Source: Bdellovibrionales bacterium
Lineage (GTDB): Bacteria > Bdellovibrionota > Bdellovibrionia > Bdellovibrionales > JAGQZY01
DNA length: 64,000 bases
Direction of reading: 5' to 3'
Assembly (NCBI GenBank): GCA_031429075.1
Contig: JANOYW010000025.1
Coordinates: forward strand, 325-64,324
Every line of letters starts with the position of its first letter. Within the stretch, counting starts at the first letter, position 1. The notes beneath the pieces were generated by a model that worked only from the letters and a program-made list of their open reading frames with translations, had not been told where the DNA came from and did no database searches. This document shows, one piece after another, positions 1 to 9,112 of the stretch. The translations under genes were made by a program, and so were the position numbers.

Positions 1-212
1 GTTGCAACTGCCTTTTTCTCAATCTCTTCATCTAAAAAGTTCACGTCATCTTCGTCCACAACTAAAGTATCCGCTTCTTTTAAAAACTCAGCCTGAAGAT
101 CTTCTAACGTGATTTCTTCTTCGCCGGTTGGACTCACAGTGGGGCTCACCGTGGGAGCTGCATAAACTTGAAAACCCAACAATAAACTCACTAGCATAAC
201 AACTTTTTTCAT
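1..212 (-). CDS. Exported acidic protein, N-terminal part only (gene runs off the left edge)
   Basis: ATG at 212 read on the minus strand gives MKKVVMLVSLLLGFQVYAAPTVSPTVSPTGEEEITLEDLQ..., which looks like a signal peptide. The frame stays open to position 1. It is absent from the ORF track because it is truncated. Confidence 0.45.
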   Translation of the reverse strand, partial: MKKVVMLVSLLLGFQVYAAPTVSPTVSPTGEEEITLEDLQAEFLKEADTLVVDEDDVNFLDEEIEKKAVA

Positions 213-331
213 ATCGTATCCTTGTTTGTGTTAATAAGGCCTTGGTGCCCAGAAAATCATCATATGGCGAATGTCCACTGGGCTCAAGATTTTTCTGTGA
301 CACCTCCGTGGACTTACGCTTTAATAATGCC

Positions 332-1417
332 ATGGGGCAAAAATTAAAAGTTGCAGTTTTATTTGGCGGTGAATCGGGCGAGCACGAAGTGAGCATTGTT
401 TCTGCCACTTCGGTCTATAAAGCATTAGATAAGAGCAAGTACGAGGTCCATCTGATCGGCATCGATAAATCGGGGCGCTGGTTGGTGCCGCAGGATTCTC
501 AGCTTCTAGCCAACAGCCGCAATCCCCGTCTCATCCAATTAAATCAAGAGCCAAACACCATGGTGCTCGCTCCCTACCAGTCAGAAAAAACTTCTTACGA
601 TGTCATTGTTCCTATCCTTCACGGCACAAATGGGGAGGACGGCACGATCCAGGGATTGCTTGAACTCACAAAAATTCCCTACGTCGGTTCGGGCGTATTG
701 GGCTCTGCTGTGGGCATGGACAAGGATGTCTGCAAACGTTTGCTCTCTCATGCGGGCATACCGGTTGTTCCCTCTGTCACTCTTCGAAAACACACGTACG
801 ATCCAAATCCTGAAAAGTGGATTGATCACTGCATCCAAACTCTAGGATTGCCTTTCTTTGTAAAGCCCGCAAATTCCGGGTCTTCCGTGGGAGTGCATAA
901 AATAAAAACAAAAGCCGAAGCCAAGGAAAAATTAGCCGACGCTTTTAGTTTTGATTCTAAAGTTCTCGCCGAAAAAGCCATTGCCGCCCGAGAGCTTGAG
1001 TGCTCTGTTCTTGGCAACCACACTCCAAAAGCCAGTATCATCGGCGAAATTATCCCGCGCCATGAGTTCTACAGTTACGAATCAAAATACATCGACGAAA
1101 ACGGTGCTGATTTAAAAATTCCTGCCGAGGGGCTTGGACCAACCGTTGTAGAACGTCTGCAAAAGATGGCTACCGACGCCTTTGTTTGCTTAGAGCTTCG
1201 CGGAATGGCACGCGTTGATTTTTTCCTGGATAAAAATGATGGAAAAATTTATCTCAACGAAGTGAACACCATTCCAGGGTTTACTAGCATAAGCATGTAC
1301 CCAAAAATGTGGGAGGCCACTGGTTTGGCTTATCCAAAACTTTTGGATGAGCTCATTCAACTGGCCATTGATAGCAAAAAAGAAAAACTCAGTTTAAAAA
1401 CAGACTATCAAAAATAG
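332..1417 (+). CDS. ddl: D-alanine--D-alanine ligase
   Basis: Track ORF 242..1417. The conserved N-terminus starts at the internal ATG 332 (MGQKLKVAVLFGGESGEHEVS). ATP-grasp Ddl-type motifs are present (ILHGTNGEDGTIQGLLE, NEVNTIPGFT). Product is 361 aa. Confidence 0.9.
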   Translation: MGQKLKVAVLFGGESGEHEVSIVSATSVYKALDKSKYEVHLIGIDKSGRWLVPQDSQLLANSRNPRLIQLNQEPNTMVLAPYQSEKTSYDVIVPILHGTNGEDGTIQGLLELTKIPYVGSGVLGSAVGMDKDVCKRLLSHAGIPVVPSVTLRKHTYDPNPEKWIDHCIQTLGLPFFVKPANSGSSVGVHKIKTKAEAKEKLADAFSFDSKVLAEKAIAARELECSVLGNHTPKASIIGEIIPRHEFYSYESKYIDENGADLKIPAEGLGPTVVERLQKMATDAFVCLELRGMARVDFFLDKNDGKIYLNEVNTIPGFTSISMYPKMWEATGLAYPKLLDELIQLAIDSKKEKLSLKTDYQK

Positions 1418-1420
1418 AGT

Positions 1421-1861
1421 TCAAAGTTTGTCTTTGATAGCTTTAAGAACCCATAGAGGGCCAATCAGCAAAAATACAATATCTTGTAAGAACGATGGCT
1501 TTGCACCCTCAATTCTATGCCCTACAAACTGCCCTATCCACGCCAACATGAATATCGAACCACCGCCAAAAACTAGTGTTTCCGAGTTGAGCCCGTAGAA
1601 GCTAAACCAACTCAGCAACGCAATTATTAAACCGCAAACGGCCAAACGAGATCCAAGTTGTAGATAGAAAAATCCCCCAATAATCACTAATGCCAAGCTC
1701 AATGAAAATGGCAGATTTAGATATTCAGCTCGTGAAATTCCCTCTAAAAAAGCAAGGGTCGAATAAAATATCAAGGGCACACACCAATAATGAATTTTTT
1801 TATTTATGGGGTTTTGGTGGCTTACGGCGTAAATCGAAAACCACTGATCTAAAGTTCTCAT
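1421..1861 (-). CDS. DUF962 / Mpo1-like small membrane protein
   Basis: 146 aa with several hydrophobic helices. The N-terminus (YAVSHQNPINKKIHYWCVPLI) and the segment GHRIEGAKPSF fit my recollection of the DUF962 family. Confidence 0.55.
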   Translation of the reverse strand: MRTLDQWFSIYAVSHQNPINKKIHYWCVPLIFYSTLAFLEGISRAEYLNLPFSLSLALVIIGGFFYLQLGSRLAVCGLIIALLSWFSFYGLNSETLVFGGGSIFMLAWIGQFVGHRIEGAKPSFLQDIVFLLIGPLWVLKAIKDKL

Positions 1862-1878
1862 CGCTTAATAGTAGCTTT

Positions 1879-2730
1879 TTAAAAATAATATTTATACTTT
1901 TTTTGTCGCACCGTCGACGCAGGCATTCGCGATTGCAAGGGTTCACACAGTGAATTGGTGGCGAGTGTCTCCTGGAGATCCTCAATTTTATACGCTGAAG
2001 CCACGGTACGGGCGTTCTCTATCTTTTGTTGGCCAATCATGGCACAAGCCAAAGTATAGGCAATTTTTTTAGAAAACTTGGGGTTGGTTTGTTTTTTGAG
2101 TGCTATTTGAGCGAATTCAACACCGACCTTATAGTCTCTGAAAGCCTCATCAGGGTGCAGCGTAAGCAGATTTGCAACATCGTAAGCCTGCCTCGCAGTG
2201 AGCGTTTTACGATCAAAGGCTTTGATGACAGCGCTGTTGAAACGTTCTGGGTGCATTGACATCCACATGATTATTGCATGAATGCGGTCGTTCTGCGTGA
2301 GTCGCATCTGCGAATAAGTCACACAAATTAATCCAACCAACAAAATAGCCCGCGGAAGCCATTGATGCTGTAAAAAATAAAAAACCGGATACGCAAGAAT
2401 CAATGGTGATAGATAGAGCAAGCCCGTTAAGCCAAAGCTCAGGCAAAAAACGATGGTTACAATTCCAAAACCGAATGATATCCATAATTTTTTAGAGCTC
2501 GATAGCTTGTTCGCTTTAAAGTAAGCATCGTTTTTAAAAAAATTGAGCGCGTGTAGGATAAACGCCGAAAGAATAACTACAAATGCTACCGCTGCAAGAC
2601 CGCGATTGATAACTGGCCGATAACTCACGTTAGCGATGTTTGAATAGGCAAACCACAAAACCAGAATTTGAATTAACAATTCTTGAATTTTTTGTCCACG
2701 GGTCATGTTGTGGTATCGGCAAAAAATCAC
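1879..2730 (-). CDS. Hypothetical integral membrane protein with a soluble C-terminal domain
   Basis: 283-aa ORF with about 5 hydrophobic segments, then a helical C-terminal region. The start is uncertain (ATG 2730 or ATG 2706). No family recognised. Confidence 0.5.
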   Translation of the reverse strand: MIFCRYHNMTRGQKIQELLIQILVLWFAYSNIANVSYRPVINRGLAAVAFVVILSAFILHALNFFKNDAYFKANKLSSSKKLWISFGFGIVTIVFCLSFGLTGLLYLSPLILAYPVFYFLQHQWLPRAILLVGLICVTYSQMRLTQNDRIHAIIMWMSMHPERFNSAVIKAFDRKTLTARQAYDVANLLTLHPDEAFRDYKVGVEFAQIALKKQTNPKFSKKIAYTLACAMIGQQKIENARTVASAYKIEDLQETLATNSLCEPLQSRMPASTVRQKKYKYYF

Positions 2731-2796
2731 CTCTACCTGAAGGGAATGTGGCGTAACTCGACTCGCCCAAAAGCGGGATTGATTCTGTTTTGCGAC

Positions 2797-3654
2797 CTAA
2801 GTCAGCAATGTCTGCAACCACTGCCGCTGTTCGTCAGTCAGTTTTTCCTGCGGAGTCATCATGGAATTTTTAAGACCATTCTCTGTTTCACTCGCTTCGC
2901 TTAAGATAGCTTGCGGAAAGTTCAAAATGACTTTTGCAATTTCAAACGCCTTTAAATTATTCTTTTTCATTGTCTCCATCACCTCTTGCACAGTGACATG
3001 GGGAATATCATCCTTCCAGCAATCATAGTCAGTCACAAAACTGCATGGTAAAAAGGCGAGGCCTGCTTCACGGGCCAGGGCGTACTCGGGAAATGCCGTC
3101 ATACCAATGATGTCTGCCCCCCACGCACGAAACAGATTGGACTCTGCTTTCGTTGAAAAATAAGGCCCCTCAACCACAATTGACACTTTATCAAAGTGAC
3201 AGCTAAATTCAGTGTGAAATTGAGCTTGAGATGCAACTTTTTTTGTCTCTTCCAAAAGTTTTTGCGACACCGGAATGGCGAGCGAAGTATGCGATACCAA
3301 GCCCTCACCACTGAACGAAGAAATTCGATTTTTAGTAAAGTTAATATACTGAGTGGGCACAACCATATCGCCTGGCGGAAGATCATTGCGTAAACTTCCC
3401 ACGGCAGAAAACGATAACAGCTGTCGTGCACCATGTTTTTTAAGAGCGTAAATATTCGCCCGATAATTCACCGTCGATGGCGTAAGGTCATGATGTAATC
3501 CATGACGCGGTAAAAACAAAACGTCTTGCCCGCCAATGATCCCTTTTTTAAGTCCTTCAGAACACATTCCAAAAGGTGTAGAGCGATCAAGATTTTCTAA
3601 GGCTTTAAATTGGTCAAATTTTTCAAACCCTGATCCGCCGATAATTGCCCACAT
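2797..3654 (-). CDS. mtnP: S-methyl-5'-thioadenosine phosphorylase
   Basis: 285 aa. N-terminus MWAIIGGSGFEKF, plus LPRHGLHH and VNYRANIYALKKHGA, which are typical of the MTAP/PNP family. Confidence 0.85.
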   Translation of the reverse strand: MWAIIGGSGFEKFDQFKALENLDRSTPFGMCSEGLKKGIIGGQDVLFLPRHGLHHDLTPSTVNYRANIYALKKHGARQLLSFSAVGSLRNDLPPGDMVVPTQYINFTKNRISSFSGEGLVSHTSLAIPVSQKLLEETKKVASQAQFHTEFSCHFDKVSIVVEGPYFSTKAESNLFRAWGADIIGMTAFPEYALAREAGLAFLPCSFVTDYDCWKDDIPHVTVQEVMETMKKNNLKAFEIAKVILNFPQAILSEASETENGLKNSMMTPQEKLTDEQRQWLQTLLT

Positions 3655-3663
3655 AAACTCTCC

Positions 3664-4707
3664 TTAAAAAAATCTCTGTTTCAGACTACCATTTCTTAAG
3701 TCTTTGTTCGAAAAATACTCATCATCAATAATAATTCCCGTTACCAACTCAACAGGTGTCACATCAAACGCAGGATTGTAAACCGGAGATGTTTCGGGCG
3801 CCCATTGAACACTGCCAAAAGAACCCTCCACCCCGCGAACCTCAAACGGTTTACGTTCTTCGATGGGGATATCTTTTCCCGACAAGCAGTTTTTATCCAC
3901 TGTGGTCGATGGGGCCACTACGTAAAATGGAATTTTATGAAAATGGCAAAGCACTGCCACCGAGTATGTTCCCACTTTGTTGGCAAAGTCGCCGTTCATG
4001 GCGATGCGATCGGTTCCGACAAAGGCTTTTTGAATTTTTCCTTGCGACATTAAATATCCAGCCATGTTATCGCAGATCAAGGTGTGCGGGATCTTCATTT
4101 GATCCAACTCCCACGTCGTCAATCGTCCACCTTGTAGTAACGGGCGAGTTTCGTCCACGTAAACGTGGATTTTCTTGTTTTGCTCCCACGCTTTGCTAAT
4201 GGCTCCTAGAGCAGTGCCGATACCCACCGTGGCTAACCCACCCGTGTTGCAATGGGTAAGTACACCATCGCCGTCGGCGATTTTTTGACTGGCGCACAGA
4301 CTCATCTCCTCACAAAGTCGCACATCTTCTGCAAACAACTGAAACGCCATGGAAACGATTTCCGTTTCAGGTACCTGAGTCATGCGATCGACAGCATTCA
4401 TGAGGTTGATTGCGGTAGGGCGAGCGTCGCGCATTTTTTGCGCCATTGCTAAAAATGCAGTCCGTGTTGGTTTTGTGTTTTTAAACCAATCGGCTAAGGA
4501 CAGAGCCGCCGCCACTCCAATGAGCGGCGCTCCTCGAACTTTCAATGTTTGAATCACCGAAATCATTTGCTCAGGGTCGCGAATCACTATCCAGGTTTTT
4601 TCGAGAGGCAACAGCTGCTGATCGAGGATCGACAAAATTCCATCTTGATATTTTAGCGCGCGCGAAGTTAAGTTGATCGTCGTCTGATTTGCATTGAGTG
4701 AGTTCAC
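3664..4707 (-). CDS. mtnA: Methylthioribose-1-phosphate isomerase
   Basis: Track ORF 3664..4842. The likely true start is GTG 4707, which overlaps the upstream stop codon (GTGA) and gives 347 aa. eIF-2B/MtnA motifs are present (LDQQLLP, VRGAPLIGVAAA, THCNTGGLAT, VGTDRIA). Confidence 0.85.
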   Translation of the reverse strand: MNSLNANQTTINLTSRALKYQDGILSILDQQLLPLEKTWIVIRDPEQMISVIQTLKVRGAPLIGVAAALSLADWFKNTKPTRTAFLAMAQKMRDARPTAINLMNAVDRMTQVPETEIVSMAFQLFAEDVRLCEEMSLCASQKIADGDGVLTHCNTGGLATVGIGTALGAISKAWEQNKKIHVYVDETRPLLQGGRLTTWELDQMKIPHTLICDNMAGYLMSQGKIQKAFVGTDRIAMNGDFANKVGTYSVAVLCHFHKIPFYVVAPSTTVDKNCLSGKDIPIEERKPFEVRGVEGSFGSVQWAPETSPVYNPAFDVTPVELVTGIIIDDEYFSNKDLRNGSLKQRFF

Positions 4708-5372
4708 AACAGTCGGTCTCCCATTTTTTTGCGCATCTCGCGCAAAGCTGCGACTTCCTCTTCGGGAAGCGAGGTCAATTGTCCCAGGGACTTGGCCCGC
4801 ATTAAAATATCTGCAGAATGTTCGATTCGTTCCATGCCACAATAGGCTTCGCGCAACGATTCACCCCAACAAATGGCGCCGTGACGACTTAAAATCATCG
4901 CCCGACAGTCTGGTAAATACGCATGCAGGTTTGTGCCCATTTCAATTCCACCAGGGCGTGCGTAGGGAACAATGGGAATTCTACCGGCTGCTAAAATCAC
5001 TTCCGACAAACATTCCGACGGAAGCTCTTCCATTGCTGGATAGGCCACAGACCACGCAATGGCTGACGGCGGATGCGCATGCACCACCGCACGCGCTTGC
5101 GGACACTTGCGATAAACTTCGAGATGCATTTGCCGCTCCCCGGAGGGACGGCCTTTAATAATATTGTTTGCAAGATCAATCACCGCAATGTCGTCGGCTT
5201 CGATGAAAGCTTTTGGCACGCCTGAGGGAGTAATTAAAATTTCGCCATCCGATATGCGATAGCTCACATTGCCATCAGCGGCAGCGAGCATGTTTTTTTT
5301 ATGTAAAAGGTTGCAGTAACGAACGATAGCTTCTTTAACAAGCTGAATTTGTTGTTCTTCATTTTTTTTCAT
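4704..5372 (-). CDS. Class II aldolase/adducin-family protein: either MTRu-1-P dehydratase (MtnB) or MTRu-1-P aldolase (Ald2-type)
   Basis: 222 aa with GNVSYR, GERQMHLEVY and VVHAHPP metal-ligand motifs of the class II aldolase fold. It is translationally coupled to mtnA. Confidence 0.75.
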   Translation of the reverse strand: MKKNEEQQIQLVKEAIVRYCNLLHKKNMLAAADGNVSYRISDGEILITPSGVPKAFIEADDIAVIDLANNIIKGRPSGERQMHLEVYRKCPQARAVVHAHPPSAIAWSVAYPAMEELPSECLSEVILAAGRIPIVPYARPGGIEMGTNLHAYLPDCRAMILSRHGAICWGESLREAYCGMERIEHSADILMRAKSLGQLTSLPEEEVAALREMRKKMGDRLL

Positions 5373-5431
5373 CGTTGATTTCCATCGTTGATTTCAAAGG
5401 TGATTTCACAGGTAATTTCACAGGTAATTTC
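5370..5431. repeat. Five tandem 12-13 bp repeats filling the whole intergenic gap
   Basis: Plus strand reads catcgttgatttc / catcgttgatttc / aaaggtgatttc / acaggtaatttc / acaggtaatttc. The first unit contains the aldolase start codon (5370-5372). The last unit overlaps the stop codon of the radical SAM gene (5430-5432). Confidence 0.85.
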
Positions 5432-6389
5432 ATAGCCGAGCCGTCTCCAAGGGGGGCGAAAACTTTTGGCCTTGGTAAATTTGCTGAGTATTTAAATAGT
5501 CGATCATCTTTTGATAGTTGGTCATTTTAAAGCGTGTCCATTCCGGGGCAATCAGCTCATCCTTACGGGAGGCTAAAGCCACCAAGCGATGGAGATAAAT
5601 ATCGGGCGACAGTTCTGCTAAAAATAAACCGACCATGGAACAGTACTCATCAAACTCCACGGGAGTGAATTCTTTTTTAAAAAACATTTCTTCTAGCGGG
5701 GTGTTTTTGAGAACATGCAGGTTGTGGAGTTTTACATTGTTGATCGGCAGCTCATTGCACAGGCGAGCTGACTCACGCACATCTTCCAAAGTTTCGCCGG
5801 GCCAACCAAACATCAAATGCACACCCAAATCCGCTTTTGGGCAGCGTTCGCGAATTCGCTTTATGGCTTTGATGGAGTGCTCGGCCGTGTGTCCACGACG
5901 CATCCACTCCAGTTGTTTATTGTCAAAACTCTGCACGCCGATTTCGATGGATACAAATGTCTTCTCGGAGGTTTCTTTCCAAAGATCTAAGAGAGCATCC
6001 GAAATACAATCGGGCCGCGTGCCCACCACAATCCCAACCACGTCGGGCTGTTGGATGGCCACCTCGAAAGCGTCTTTGATTTTTTGCAACTGCGTAAAGG
6101 TGCTGGTGTAGGCCTGAAAATAAACCACAAACTTTTGCGCATTAAAGCGCTCGGAAACCTTGGCTTTATGCATTTGGATTTGTTTTAGCAGTTCCTCTTT
6201 TTGGCTTTTGGGATAGGCAAACGAACCGTGCTCATCGCAAAAGATACAGGTCTTCATCCCTTTGATTCCGGCGCGGTTGGGGCAATCCTCGGCGATGGAA
6301 ACTGGCACCTTAAAAACCTTTTGCCCAAACAACTTTTTGTAGTAGGTAGAAATAGGATTATATGGGAGCTGTTCGGTGCCAAAACGCAT
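5430..6389 (-). CDS. Radical SAM protein, TIGR01212 (YhcC-like) family
   Basis: 319 aa. N-terminal pattern YYKKLFGQKVFKVPVSIAEDCPNR...CIFCDEHGS matches my recollection of the TIGR01212 family. Confidence 0.75.
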   Translation of the reverse strand: MRFGTEQLPYNPISTYYKKLFGQKVFKVPVSIAEDCPNRAGIKGMKTCIFCDEHGSFAYPKSQKEELLKQIQMHKAKVSERFNAQKFVVYFQAYTSTFTQLQKIKDAFEVAIQQPDVVGIVVGTRPDCISDALLDLWKETSEKTFVSIEIGVQSFDNKQLEWMRRGHTAEHSIKAIKRIRERCPKADLGVHLMFGWPGETLEDVRESARLCNELPINNVKLHNLHVLKNTPLEEMFFKKEFTPVEFDEYCSMVGLFLAELSPDIYLHRLVALASRKDELIAPEWTRFKMTNYQKMIDYLNTQQIYQGQKFSPPLETARL

Positions 6390-6451
6390 AGCATTAAGTA
6401 GCGAAAACAGACAGTTCTGGCAACTGATAAAGCTTGCAGATAGGTTAACTT

Positions 6452-7177
6452 ATGACCTTTGAGTTCAAAAATCTGAGCACGGGAGACACCAGCCCCACCT
6501 TGAGCCTTCCCCCAACGTGGGAGCCCATGCATTCCCTCGAAGGTGCGTTTAGCGAAACTCAGTATATTTATCAACCCACCGTGGAGTTGGCCTTCACCCA
6601 CTGCCCCTCCCCTGGATTTCTTTCCCTCGGGTTGGGGCTTGGCTACAACGAGGTTTTGATTGCCTGCGAATCTTTAGTGCAAAAAAAGCAACCTGTCTTG
6701 GTGAGAAGCTTCGAGCTGGTACCGGAGCTACGGGATTTTTTTAAAGCCTGGATTCAGCGAGACTCTTCACCCCTAAACCCCGTCTACGATCAGATCGCAA
6801 ATTTGTACGCGCATAAGTATCAACTCTCCGAAACAGAAATTCTAGAGCAGTTGAAAAACTTTTTAGCGAAAGGAATTTTAAGCATTGAAGGGCCAATAAA
6901 TTTACAAACAGATTTGTCTTTAACGAATGGAATTCTGTTCGATGCCTTTTGCGCGAAAACCAGCCCCGAGCTGTGGACCGCAGAATTTCTGCACAATTTT
7001 TTCAAACGCACAGCCGGCAGCCCGTGCTACATGTCCACCTACGCCTGCACCGGCGAACTCCGCCGATCTCTCACCGCCGCCGGCTTCACCGTCGAAAAGC
7101 GCAAAGGCTTCGCCTCCAAACGCGACTCCACCACCGCCAAAAAGTCCGAAAGGTGCGCCGATCTTTTCGGACCTTAG
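6452..7177 (+). CDS. MnmC-like SAM-dependent methyltransferase domain protein (DUF752-type)
   Basis: 241 aa. The segment FDAFCAKTSPELWTAEFLHNFFKRTAGSPCYMSTYACTGELRRSLTAAGFTVEKRKGFASKRD resembles the DAF-P--NPELW...TY...VRR-L--AGF signature of the MnmC methyltransferase domain. Confidence 0.55.
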   Translation: MTFEFKNLSTGDTSPTLSLPPTWEPMHSLEGAFSETQYIYQPTVELAFTHCPSPGFLSLGLGLGYNEVLIACESLVQKKQPVLVRSFELVPELRDFFKAWIQRDSSPLNPVYDQIANLYAHKYQLSETEILEQLKNFLAKGILSIEGPINLQTDLSLTNGILFDAFCAKTSPELWTAEFLHNFFKRTAGSPCYMSTYACTGELRRSLTAAGFTVEKRKGFASKRDSTTAKKSERCADLFGP

Positions 7178-7524
7178 AAGGTTTCGATTTCGTGCATGAC
7201 TTTTTCGAGGATAAAATAAGCCGCGATCACACCCACTGCAGCTAAAGTCGTATAGCTGATCGAGATTGAAGCTGTACTGATGTTTGCGCTAAACCACTGG
7301 TAAAATTCAGAGCGATACATAAAAAGGGATTTTAAAAACAGCTGATGGTAATTCCAAGCAAATACACACAGCGTACTAAAAGCAAAAGCCGGCACAAAAT
7401 CTTTTAACCAAGCCCACGCTGGCTGTTGTGGAAGTTGCTCCATCACTTTTTGCGAAAAACCGTTGTCCTCAACGTCGTTATCCATCAGGAAATTTTCTAA
7501 CATGGAGTCTAAATCATTTTTCAT
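7174..7524 (-). CDS. Small membrane protein downstream of the ECF sigma gene (candidate anti-sigma factor)
   Basis: 116 aa with an acidic N-terminus and two hydrophobic segments. It lies 20 nt downstream of the ECF sigma gene on the same strand. The assignment rests on position only. Confidence 0.35.
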   Translation of the reverse strand: MKNDLDSMLENFLMDNDVEDNGFSQKVMEQLPQQPAWAWLKDFVPAFAFSTLCVFAWNYHQLFLKSLFMYRSEFYQWFSANISTASISISYTTLAAVGVIAAYFILEKVMHEIETF

Positions 7525-7544
7525 ACAATCCTCATCACCTAATC

Positions 7545-8054
7545 TCAGGTCGACAAAAGAGTTTTGAGTTTTTCTTTAGCGCGCAGCGAATGGGTTTTTA
7601 CTGTACCAAGTGGGATCCCCATCAACTCCGCCACTTCCGTTTGCGACAACCCATCCATGTAGGACAGCGTGAGAATCATTCTCTCCTGCGCATCCAATTT
7701 AAGCATACAGCGGGCCATATCCATCTTCAAGTCCTGGCCAGTTTCGGCGCTTGCTTCCAACTGTTCGGGAAGATCGGTAAACGCCTCGCTTCGTCGAAGG
7801 TGTTCGTAAAACACATTTTTAGCAATCGCAAACAGCCAGGTTATAAATTGCGACTGCCCTTGGTAACTTTGCATTCCGCGGTAAGCTTTTAAAAACGTTT
7901 CCTGAGACAAATCATCGGCTAGCATTTCGTCTCCCCCGCACATCTTGCGAAAAAAACTTCGCAGGCGAGACTGATGTTTTTGCACAAGAGCTTTAAAGGC
8001 TTGCCGATCATCATCCATGAGGACTTGAGCTATCAGCTCTGCATCTGTCGACAT
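7545..8054 (-). CDS. ECF-type RNA polymerase sigma-70 family factor
   Basis: 169 aa. Region 2 (DDLSQETFLKAYRGMQSY...FITWLFAIAKN) and region 4 (LSYMDGLSQTEVAELMGIPLGTVKTHSLRAKEKL) are recognisable. Confidence 0.85.
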   Translation of the reverse strand: MSTDAELIAQVLMDDDRQAFKALVQKHQSRLRSFFRKMCGGDEMLADDLSQETFLKAYRGMQSYQGQSQFITWLFAIAKNVFYEHLRRSEAFTDLPEQLEASAETGQDLKMDMARCMLKLDAQERMILTLSYMDGLSQTEVAELMGIPLGTVKTHSLRAKEKLKTLLST

Positions 8055-8077
8055 ACTACACCCGTCTGTTTAATTTA

Positions 8078-8920
8078 TTAAGGTGTCTTAATTTCGGGTG
8101 TTGTCGCGGCAGTGGTGTCCGTTGCTTTTTGTTTCTGCATCATTTGCGATGTGTAAATATGAAAGGCACCCATCATGATGAATAAAAATCCAATGGCGTA
8201 AGCAATATTTCCGTTAGAGATCAGTGTCATCATTCCGGCGATACCGATTCCCCAAAAAATATACTTCACACCCTGCATGGTATTTGCGTCGTAGGGAGTT
8301 TGACCTGCCAAAGGTGTTTTCCCGCCACCCACTGTGGCGTTCATGTTTGCCAACAGTTCCGGGGGAATTGGTTGTCCACTTTGCGCCAAAGCTTTGATGG
8401 TTTCTAAATAATCGCGACGAGTGCGTGACTTTGCATAAACAAAATATCCCGCAAAACCAAAGGCACTTAAAAAGAGAACAATGGGAACCAGCACATCTTC
8501 TAAAATATTTGCCCATTCGTTGGTTTTATTGAGATTTTTAAGACTCGAAACAACAGCGGCTACGTCGTCGCCGGCTTCATCCTCATCATTGCCTTTTTTA
8601 AAATTGCTGATCTGGATACCCGATTTATCAATTCGTACGGTTCCTTTTTTGTCGTTTATCTTAAAAGTAAACTCGTTATCGTCCACCACGTTGTCATTGA
8701 CCTTAGATTCTGTCGCAGCAGCAGAATCGCTAGTGGTTGAAGGCGTGGGCGTCGCTGAGCTAGTGCTTGCACCTGTTGCAGTTGTTTCAACAGCAACCGT
8801 CTGCACCTTGTCTTCGGCCAGTGCTGGCTTTGTCAACAAAAGCAGCACGAAATAAACATGCATAAAGGCCACAAATCCAAAACCCATAAAAGCAGTTACA
8901 TTTTTAATCATTTGAGTCAT
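8078..8920 (-). CDS. Hypothetical membrane protein (S/T-rich and acidic central region)
   Basis: Track ORF 8078..9034. The likely start is ATG 8920, preceded by GGAGGGG. The N-terminal hydrophobic segment ends in ALA, and there are C-terminal TM helices. Confidence 0.5.
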   Translation of the reverse strand: MTQMIKNVTAFMGFGFVAFMHVYFVLLLLTKPALAEDKVQTVAVETTATGASTSSATPTPSTTSDSAAATESKVNDNVVDDNEFTFKINDKKGTVRIDKSGIQISNFKKGNDEDEAGDDVAAVVSSLKNLNKTNEWANILEDVLVPIVLFLSAFGFAGYFVYAKSRTRRDYLETIKALAQSGQPIPPELLANMNATVGGGKTPLAGQTPYDANTMQGVKYIFWGIGIAGMMTLISNGNIAYAIGFLFIMMGAFHIYTSQMMQKQKATDTTAATTPEIKTP

Positions 8921-9112
8921 TTTACCCCTCCAACAGAGTGTTTCTTTACCTGTTAGATGCAGGAAATACGAAAACGGATTTAAAAATCCGAAAAAATTGT
9001 AAATATTTTTAAACCCACCCAAAAAATGACGCAACTCTCAGAAAAGGTAAGCCAATCTGGAATTAGCGCCTATTTCGCCCAGGCTACGGACCGCATTTGC
9101 GAGTTAGGCTGC

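Noticed and set aside
88-1041. Track ORFs 88..408(-), 581..838(-), 600..845(+) and 826..1041(-), which overlap ddl or its upstream region.
   Set aside because: These are antisense or off-frame shadows of a well-supported ddl gene. Their translations have no recognisable motifs and are rich in Arg, Ser and Cys, as is typical of non-coding frames.
4708-4842. Long N-terminal extensions in several track ORFs: mtnA to 4842, gcvT to 20115, folD to 21014, the membrane protein to 9034, and ddl from 242.
   Set aside because: The conserved family N-termini begin at internal start codons that are either SD-preceded or overlap the upstream stop codon. The extensions run through the neighbouring gene and have arginine-rich, non-protein-like sequence.
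6927-7245. ORFs 6927..7199 and 6949..7245, which have Pro/Ala/Arg-rich translations.
   Set aside because: They are alternative frames of the locally GC-rich 3' end of the MnmC-like gene. Low-complexity P/A/R strings are the expected off-frame artefact.
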